A DNA stretch of 64,000 nt from an uncultured Planctomycetota bacterium. Lineage in GTDB: Bacteria; Planctomycetota; Planctomycetia; Isosphaerales; Isosphaeraceae. Position numbers and translations under genes: made by a program. Shown piece after piece: positions 57,744 through 64,000 of this stretch. The stretch is from contig CAWJTV010000037.1 in assembly GCA_963845755.1 (NCBI GenBank), forward strand, positions 82,969 to 146,968. Reading direction: 5' to 3'. The notes below the pieces were generated by a model that was not told the DNA's origin, made no database searches, and saw only the letters and a list, made by a program, of their open reading frames with translations. Position 1 is the stretch's first letter; every line of letters starts with the position of its first letter.

Positions 57744-58094
57744 TCAAAATACGCGGCGACCAAGACCATGCAACTGGTTGACGCACGCGATGGTATCTTC
57801 GGTGGCCAGCGTATCGCACCGATCGCAAAGCCCCTGAAACGTCAGGTCGCGCAACGATCGCCACAGTTCAGGCAGTGGCCACTCAGCGGCATGGTGTCGT
57901 CAAACCGGTGATACCACAGCGCCTTGAGCGGCCTGCTCTTCCAGCCGGCGGTCGGTTTCGAGGTCCCCGAAGAACTGGGCAGCCCAGTTCAGATCCTCGA
58001 TGCTCGGAACGAAGGGCCGGCGGCGGTCGGGCTGAATCCCGTGGCCGAACGACTCGGACTTGACGGAACGGGAGGAATCGAAGACCGTGGTCAT
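57744..58094 (-). CDS. Small protein with C-terminal zinc ribbon (two frameshifts)
   Basis: Joined frames give MTTVFD...WAAQFFG...GHCLNCGDRC/DLTFQGLCDRCD...RRVF*. Confidence 0.55.
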
Positions 58095-58202
58095 TGGTGA
58101 GCCTCTATATCAGGCTTGCCATCGGCCGGATGGGTGTTAACAGCACTCATCCGGCCATTCTCTTGTTGGGCCAAGGGCCAGTCCCTCAACCCCCACATCA
58201 CC

Positions 58203-58232
58203 ATTATATCCATGTGCTTTCCGTCAAGTCAA
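58203..58232 (-). promoter_or_regulatory. Near-consensus sigma70 promoter for the Zn-ribbon/xre/int operon
   Basis: TTGACT-18 nt-TATAAT on the minus strand. Confidence 0.6.
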
Positions 58233-58511
58233 GCGCAATCAAGTGAAAAATCTCGATTTTCACGATCGTTCCTCACTCGCTGAGAGTGCTCTGAAAGGCG
58301 TAGCCGGGCCGGATCGTGCGATCCATCGAGTCGAGTCGAGCGGGCCACCCCAGGGGCAGCCGGCCCGGGTAACGGCGTACGGGAATCCGCCAGGTACTCC
58401 ACCGGGCAATCCTCGGTCGAACAAACCCATCGCATCGCCACGCCGACCGGCCTGCGCCTCGGTCGATCGGTTGCATCCGGGACAGACCGGTGGGCTCGAT
58501 GGCGTGGTCAT
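58229..58511 (-). CDS. Small zinc-ribbon protein (frameshift ~58445)
   Basis: AGGAGGGGAGG RBS; MTTPSSPPVCPGCNRS...MRWVCSTEDCPVEY. Confidence 0.5.
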
Positions 58512-58693
58512 GCCTCCCCTCCTGCGCGGGGGAGCAACCCCGCGGCACGCTCGGCGTCCTCTCGCCTCAACCCCCCATCAAACTCGAGGATCGCGGCGCG
58601 TTCCTCCCGGTCCATCTCTTTCCGTGAGGTCATCCTCGAGGGGCTTCCCATCTCGGGAGATTCCTCCTTTCGGCGGTTGGGAAAAACCCATTT

Positions 58694-58822
58694 CCCCTAG
58701 GGTTGTGGGGTTTTGTCCGATGCATCATCGAAGAACCAGAATCGCTAGAACCCACGCTTGTCCGTTTTGTCCGGACTCGGGACAAAACCTAGATCCCCCT
58801 AGGGTTGTGGGTTCTGTCCGAT
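58694..58822. repeat. Iteron-like repeats, putative replication origin
   Basis: Two ~27-bp direct repeats CCCCTAGGGTTGTGGG(G)TT(T/C)TGTCCGAT, plus extra TTGTCCG copies and an inverted GGACAAAA. Confidence 0.6.
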
Positions 58823-58841
58823 CAGGTGGAGAACGGTCTGC

Positions 58842-60048
58842 TTACGGGTCCCCTATGCCACCGTCGGTGGCCACCTCTCCGTCACCCAACTTCATCTCGT
58901 CCACTGCCCGCCAGAACGTCTTGGAACTCCCCCCGTGATCCTTCTCCCAGCGGTCGCATAGGTCGTTTCCGATCTGATCGTTCTGGCTGGCCAGCAACTC
59001 TCTGATCAAATTCCTTGGCGTTGTCCCGGTCATTTCTCGGTCTCGCCGGGGGGGCGGGGCTCCGGGTCCGCGGGCGGGTTGAAATCGAACGTGCATCCCG
59101 ATTCCGCTATGGCCATCCCCAGCGGCGGCGGCTTCAGAGCATAGGTCTTATCCACCCCGAGGCGGCGGCGGTCGGGTTGTCCCTCGGGGTCGGGATGGGT
59201 CAGCTTCCAGACCACCCGCGACGCGCCGACGATCCGGCGTCCGAGGGCCTGTGAGTCTCGAGACAGATGGGTCAACAACAAAAACGCAGTCCCCGTGTCG
59301 TTCGCGATCCGCATGAGGGGGCCGAAATAGTCGCGGGCATCCTCGGGCCGGCAGAGGTTGCGGGCGGTCGTCATCCCCACGGTGTCGATGATGACCAGTC
59401 CCGGGGCCTCGGTCCGGATCCGCGCTCTCAGGGCGTCCAATCGGCCGGGTCATCCAGATTCAAGCCATCGGTCGGAGAATCCTCGGTCGAGTTGAGCAGT
59501 ACGGCGTCATCGGGGAGTCCGTACTTGCTCGCCAGGTCGAGAAGTTGGGCGTAGTGATGGTCCCCGGGAACCCAGAGGGTCTTTGTCCCCTCGGGAAACG
59601 GGTTGGGCTGGCCATCGGGCCAAGGGCGACGGAACCAGAGGATGACCGCCAGGGACATCGCCAGGATCGTCTTACCGATGCCGGGATCGGCGGCCAGCGA
59701 GTTGAGCACAGCGGCGGCCAGCCACCCGGGCCACGGCCAAGGCGTGTCGGCCATGATGCGGCGGACGGTGGCCAGCGTGGCACATCGCGGCGGTCGGTTC
59801 GCCTCGGGGATCGGCGCGGGCCCGTCGCGATCGGCCAGAGCGACGGCCTTGCGCCACTCGGCCGGGTCGCGGAGATTCAGCGAGAAGCCTTCCCAGATTG
59901 CTTGGCGACGGTCGGGGTCCGGCTCGGCGACCAGCCGGGCGGCTAGCGGCCGAATCGTGCCAGAGGCGGCGGCTAGCTCGTCATCGGTGACGGGTTGGCC
60001 GAACAGCAGCCTGGCGACGATCCAGGCATCGAACAGGGAAACGCTCAA
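58842..60048 (-). CDS. AAA_25 (RepA-like RecA-fold) helicase with probable C-terminal winged helix (frameshifted)
   Basis: WPWPGWL, Walker A ADPGIGKT, Walker B LVIIDT, LLLTHLSR; TTG start overlaps the alpA stop (TTGA). Confidence 0.8.
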
Positions 60049-60269
60049 CGGTTCCCCCTTTCCAGGTAGGCTCCGACCGTCTCGGGCCGCCACAAGGGCA
60101 TCTTGCCGATGGTTAGATCGGGTCGGGGGAATCGTCCGGCGGCCCGTTCCCGCTCGATGGCGCGGCGGGATACCCCGAGGGCATCGGCCAGCTCATCGAG
60201 GCGATAGACCAACCGTTCCACGGCGGGCCTGGCGGGCGTGGCCAGTGGCCTCGGTGACGGGCCCGACAT
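60045..60269 (-). CDS. AlpA/excisionase-like HTH protein
   Basis: YRLDELADALGVSRRAIERERAAGRFPRPDLTIGKMPLWRPETV. Confidence 0.88.
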   Translation of the reverse strand: MSGPSPRPLATPARPAVERLVYRLDELADALGVSRRAIERERAAGRFPRPDLTIGKMPLWRPETVGAYLERGNR

Positions 60270-60281
60270 TGAGGATTCGAC

Positions 60282-60491
60282 TCAAAGTCCACCCCCTGCC
60301 GACGGGCGGACTGGCGGGGCGTCTGATCGCCTCCGGTGGGCTCTAGCTCCCAACCGAGACGTCGGAGTTCGCTTGCTGCGCAGCGGACTCCTGAAATTAC
60401 CGGGCGCTCTCGAGTTCAACAAGATCTTGAGGCACCAAAAGGCCGGCGATTCCTCGTGGTTGAAATTGGCCGGCGGCTTCGATTGAGACAT
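60282..60491 (-). CDS. Small hypothetical element protein (probably frameshifted)
   Basis: MSQSKPPANFNHEESPAFWCLKILL; alternate frame ...ASELRRLGWEL; co-oriented upstream of alpA. Confidence 0.45.
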   Translation of the reverse strand: MSQSKPPANFNHEESPAFWCLKILLNSRAPGNFRSPLRSKRTPTSRLGARAHRRRSDAPPVRPSAGGGL

Positions 60492-60560
60492 GGGCCACTC
60501 CCAGATTCAGGTCTCTTGTCTTGGATGCCGCACGTCGCGGCTTCCTGACCTATCCGGGCA

Positions 60561-60649
60561 GTGGCGGGGTCGTGGCGGGGTGGCTGGGGGGGCCAATCCT
60601 CTGGATTTCTAGGGCCGAAAGATTTTGAGTGGCGGGTTGAAGTGGCGGG
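60561..60649. promoter_or_regulatory. Cluster of GTGGCGGG direct repeats, putative operator boxes
   Basis: Exact copies at 60561, 60572, 60629 and 60642; degenerate copy at 60580. Confidence 0.6.
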
Positions 60650-60650
60650 G

Positions 60651-61491
60651 TCAGTCATCCTCGGGATCATCCCACTCATCGAGGTTTCGACTTCGGCAGT
60701 CGATCGTTCCCCTAAGCAAGCTGGTGCCCTGTCCGGTTCGGCCAGTTGCTCGATGAGACGGACGGTCGCGGGATGGTACCTGGCCAGATTATTGTGGTTG
60801 ATTCGGGCGTCCCTGCACACGGCTCTGATGCTGATCGGCTCGCCGCCCTTCTGGCGAGCGTAGGCGGCGGCCCACGCCGCGGGCAGCAGGGTCGCCTGGC
60901 GACCGGGACTTGATCCTCGAGGCGTCCGGGCCAGACGTACGGCGATCCATCTGAATTGTTCCGGCTGGAGGGGCCGTCTCGCGCCGATCGTCTCCGGCCT
61001 GGCCCACCGTCGACTCTCGGCGCGAAGCGGAGTCCCCGAAGATGGCGGGGATTGGTGAAGCGCCGCCCATTGAGTCGATGGCTGGGTCCTGACAGGGCAG
61101 ACAACCTCGCGATGCCTTCCAAAGCGGTCATCATCGCCTCGTTGGGTCCAGCCGGGTCAGCAACCTCATTGAGGGCGGCCCAAGCCAATTGGTCAGCGCG
61201 GTAGACGTTCTGATCTATCGCGCGCCGATCGATGAGATGCACCCAGGTTGACGCCCTTTCCCTGCCGGCTAACACGGCCTTCCGGAGATGATCCGAGCGA
61301 GGCAGGAATGGCCGCCAGCCCCTATCGATCAGGAAAGCTTGGTAGATCGGCGACGCAGCAGCCTGGTTTGCACTGCGGGGGGCATCGAGAAGTGAATTGA
61401 CGTTACCCGTGAAGGAGCGAATCCACTCCGGGTTGACCAACAGTGGCGATGCACCAGCTATGGTGAGATCGGGCGGGTCATAAGGCATCAT
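60651..61491 (-). CDS. Hypothetical protein with C-terminal HTH (frameshifted)
   Basis: Joined frames end in EPISIRAVCRDARINHNNLARYHP...EWDDPEDD*. Confidence 0.5.
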
Positions 61492-61750
61492 AATTCCCCA
61501 GCTCAACGGGTCGGACTGTCCAACGGCGGGCTGGGATCCGCTCGCATCGGCCGGTCCACGTCGGGCCGAGCGGTTTGCAACCCGCGGGGCCACCCGTCGA
61601 TATAATGTACCCATGACCACTCAGATTTGGAAGGGTCTAAAGCCCTGGATTTGAACCCGCCCATATGCAGTCATCGGTCGCGAGTCGGGCCGGGTTCGGA
61701 TAGCCGGGCGGAATCCCCAGTGCGATAACGGGCTATAGAGCTAGGTCCAC

Positions 61751-62306
61751 CTAGCCAAATAGGATTCGCATGAAGAACCGGATCACATAGATGGGAATCC
61801 CGACCATCAGCATGAGGGTGCCCAACACGCTCATCGCGACTCCCAAATTTCTTGAACCGCTCGCAGCGACAACCACACCACCGAATAGTGGGATACAGGA
61901 GCAGATAACGAACCGAAGAAATGATCGAAAGAGAGACGCCCTCCGGTGCCCCGCGGAGGCGGAAGCGGCGGCTGAGGAACTCGTCGAAACGTTGTTGTTC
62001 ACAAATACGGGTTGCCGGTGAGCGCGCGCAGCGACTTGGCCTCTTCCGCGGCCCGCAAAGTCACATCGAGTATCTCCCCACAGTATCGGCACTTCTTGGC
62101 GGCGAACTGGGTCCCGTTCACCGCAGAACGGACATGCCTTGGCCTCTGGGGTCCTTGTCGCAACCTGCACAGCCTCCATCACTGGGACGGGCTGGAACTT
62201 GTTCTGGCACTCGGGGCAACGGACCACGCCGGGAAATGCGCTGCGATCCGGGAGACGCCCTTCTCGCCCGCAATGAGGGCAGAGAATATTCAAGCTCGAT
62301 CCCATA
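61751..62306 (-). CDS. Double zinc-ribbon membrane protein (frameshifted)
   Basis: CPHC...CPEC and CPFC...CRYC motifs followed by two C-terminal TM helices. Confidence 0.7.
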
Positions 62307-62724
62307 CGGTTCGACCTCTCTACGTTAAGAAGACGAATCCAGAGCACTGGGTGACGCAAGAATCCGGTTCGATCATCCCACTACCTTGGAGCTTACTCTC
62401 TCGACCCCCAAGGTTCGCACATCGATGTCAAGCGACACTGCTTGTTCTTGGCTACTTAGCCTCACAACACTGTCGCGATGCATAGCAGCCAACATGATGC
62501 CATTGGCGTGACAAGGATGCAAGAGGCTGAAGAGAAAGTAAGCCGCTCGACTGCCTGTGGTTTTTTGCGTACATGCGACTTGACTTTGATGACGGGATGC
62601 GTGTATCCAAGTGGATGTGCGCAGCCGGAAGCGACCGCTGCCGCCGTTCCCCTGCTTCATGTCGGGCAGGGCGTGGGTATCGTTCTTGTGTGCCGAAGTG
62701 TTCGACGTTCGGAGAAAGGCTTCC

Positions 62725-63318
62725 ATGAGTATTCGATCTTTGTTCGTTGCCCTTCTATTGGGACTATCCGGTTACCTGCGCGGAAGCCTGGCATGGTCAC
62801 GTTCGACTTTTCGAGCTTGGCCTCGGATGTGGGGAACAATACCGCCATGGCTGAGGTCGTATCCGGCGCATTCACGGCGTATATCTATGATTTCACGCCA
62901 TACCGCGCCGTCGAAGACGGCGGCCAGATCGGCATCGTGTTCGGTGCGCTGGTTGACCGGTGGCATGTCCATCACGCTCAGTAACGGTGCCTTTGGCATC
63001 CCGTTCCTGCTGGATGGCGTAGAGGCAACCTTTGCCTCCAGTACGTCCTCCCACGTGCACGAAGAAGGGACAACCGACAACGACAATGTTGTGCTGTGGG
63101 ATTGGAATAACACCATCACCGGAATCCAGACGGAGACCTTCGTCCCAACGTCCGGGCCCATATCAATGCCCTACCTGAATCTCAACCCCTACGCCGACGA
63201 CGAAGGATTGCTTGTGACCTTCACCATCGACGTTGTTCCCGAACCTTCCTCCGCGATCCTGCTCTCCATCGGCACGCTCGTCGGGCTGGCTCATCGGCGG
63301 ATCATCTCGCGAAGGTAG
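62725..63318 (+). CDS. PEP-CTERM sorting-domain surface protein (frameshifted)
   Basis: Signal peptide MSIRSLFVALLLG; C-terminal VPEPSSAILLSIGTLVGLAHRRIISRR. Confidence 0.85.
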   Translation: MSIRSLFVALLLGLSGYLRGSLAWSRSTFRAWPRMWGTIPPWLRSYPAHSRRISMISRHTAPSKTAARSASCSVRWLTGGMSITLSNGAFGIPFLLDGVEATFASSTSSHVHEEGTTDNDNVVLWDWNNTITGIQTETFVPTSGPISMPYLNLNPYADDEGLLVTFTIDVVPEPSSAILLSIGTLVGLAHRRIISRR

Positions 63319-63323
63319 ATGGC

Positions 63324-64000
63324 TCAATTGAACGGACAGGTTCGGAGTCGGCGGGAGTGGGATTGTTCTCGTAGGCGGCAAGAACCTCCAGGACCGCGGC
63401 GGACCTCTCGGGCATGGCCTGTGCTGCGCCGGAGTGTCTGCTTCGGACTCCGCGGCTTGGCCGGATCGGAAGCCAGCCTCATCTCGACTTTATCAGCGGG
63501 GAGATTCGTCGGCGGCTCCCGGGGTTCTGGACGCCGCCGGGTCGTAGTCCGGCCCGCATCTACTCGAGGGATCCTGACCGCAGCGGCGTACTCTCCGCAG
63601 CTCCATCTGGTGAACAACCATCGTCTTCCGAAACTTGGTGGCGAGCATTTCGCGCTGCTGCTTTGAGAGATCCTTCTTATTATCCGGAAGTGTGTCGATC
63701 AAGCGGCTGCCAGCAACAGAGTGCAAGGTCTCAAGTCGCTGTTGTGCCTCTGAGCCGGCGGACATCCAGTCGCGCGGGTTTGTTCTCTATCCTGCACATC
63801 GACAAACGAATCCCAGGCTTCATGTGTGTTCCTCCCAATGGTAGCGGGTTGACCACCTAGTATGCGCCGTACGGGTCCGCGCCCGTTACCCCGTCGTTCC
63901 CCATACAGGGCCACTGAGACAGCGTCAAGCGATCGATCGTCGAAGCCCATGTCCGCGGTAGCGTGTGAAGGCAGCGTAGGCAGTCGGCGTTTCGCCGGGC
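63324..64000 (-). CDS. Fragmented hypothetical protein(s), possibly extending past the right edge
   Basis: Overlapping minus-strand ORFs 63324-63950; no recognisable family. Confidence 0.3.

Larger units (their letters stand above)
56142..64000 (-). mobile_element. Integrated satellite/prophage-like element at tRNA-Lys (right end outside window)
   Basis: Integrase abutting the tRNA 3' end, plus XRE, AAA_25 helicase, AlpA and HTH genes, mostly on one strand. Confidence 0.85.

Noticed and set aside
56142..64000. Second att copy of the tRNA-Lys 3' end
   Set aside because: Not found by eye in the window, so no right boundary is called.

Overview
A GC-rich bacterial window whose gene content points to a planctomycete, most likely Isosphaeraceae-like (inferred from ECF sigma factors with C-terminal extensions, LEPRxLL-type secreted proteins, 24-aa LRRs, a PEP-CTERM protein and Tat oxidoreductases). 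Many genes, including folD and mlaF, are split by single-base frameshifts. This most likely reflects uncorrected long-read indels, so split genes are reported as joined CDS. Positions 1-56,141 are mostly chromosomal backbone: accA, folD, mlaEFD, TolC, a polyprenol-phosphate mannose synthase, oxidoreductases, hydrolases and tRNA-Lys(CTT). Several proteins have unusual architectures: an ECF sigma factor fused to an RND adaptor, a degenerate TsaC fused to an Arg-type phosphatase, a giant TPR receptor lacking its kinase domain, and a double amidohydrolase. A 1,591-bp IS4-family element sits inside a REP-like palindrome and carries an 11-bp target duplication. A rod-shaped 6S-like ncRNA candidate lies near 16.1-16.27 kb. 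From the tRNA-Lys 3' end to the right edge lies a satellite-like integrated element: tyrosine integrase, XRE regulator, two zinc-ribbon proteins, an iteron-like origin, an AAA_25 helicase, AlpA, repeated operator boxes, an HTH protein and a PEP-CTERM cargo gene. Its right attachment site was not seen in the window.
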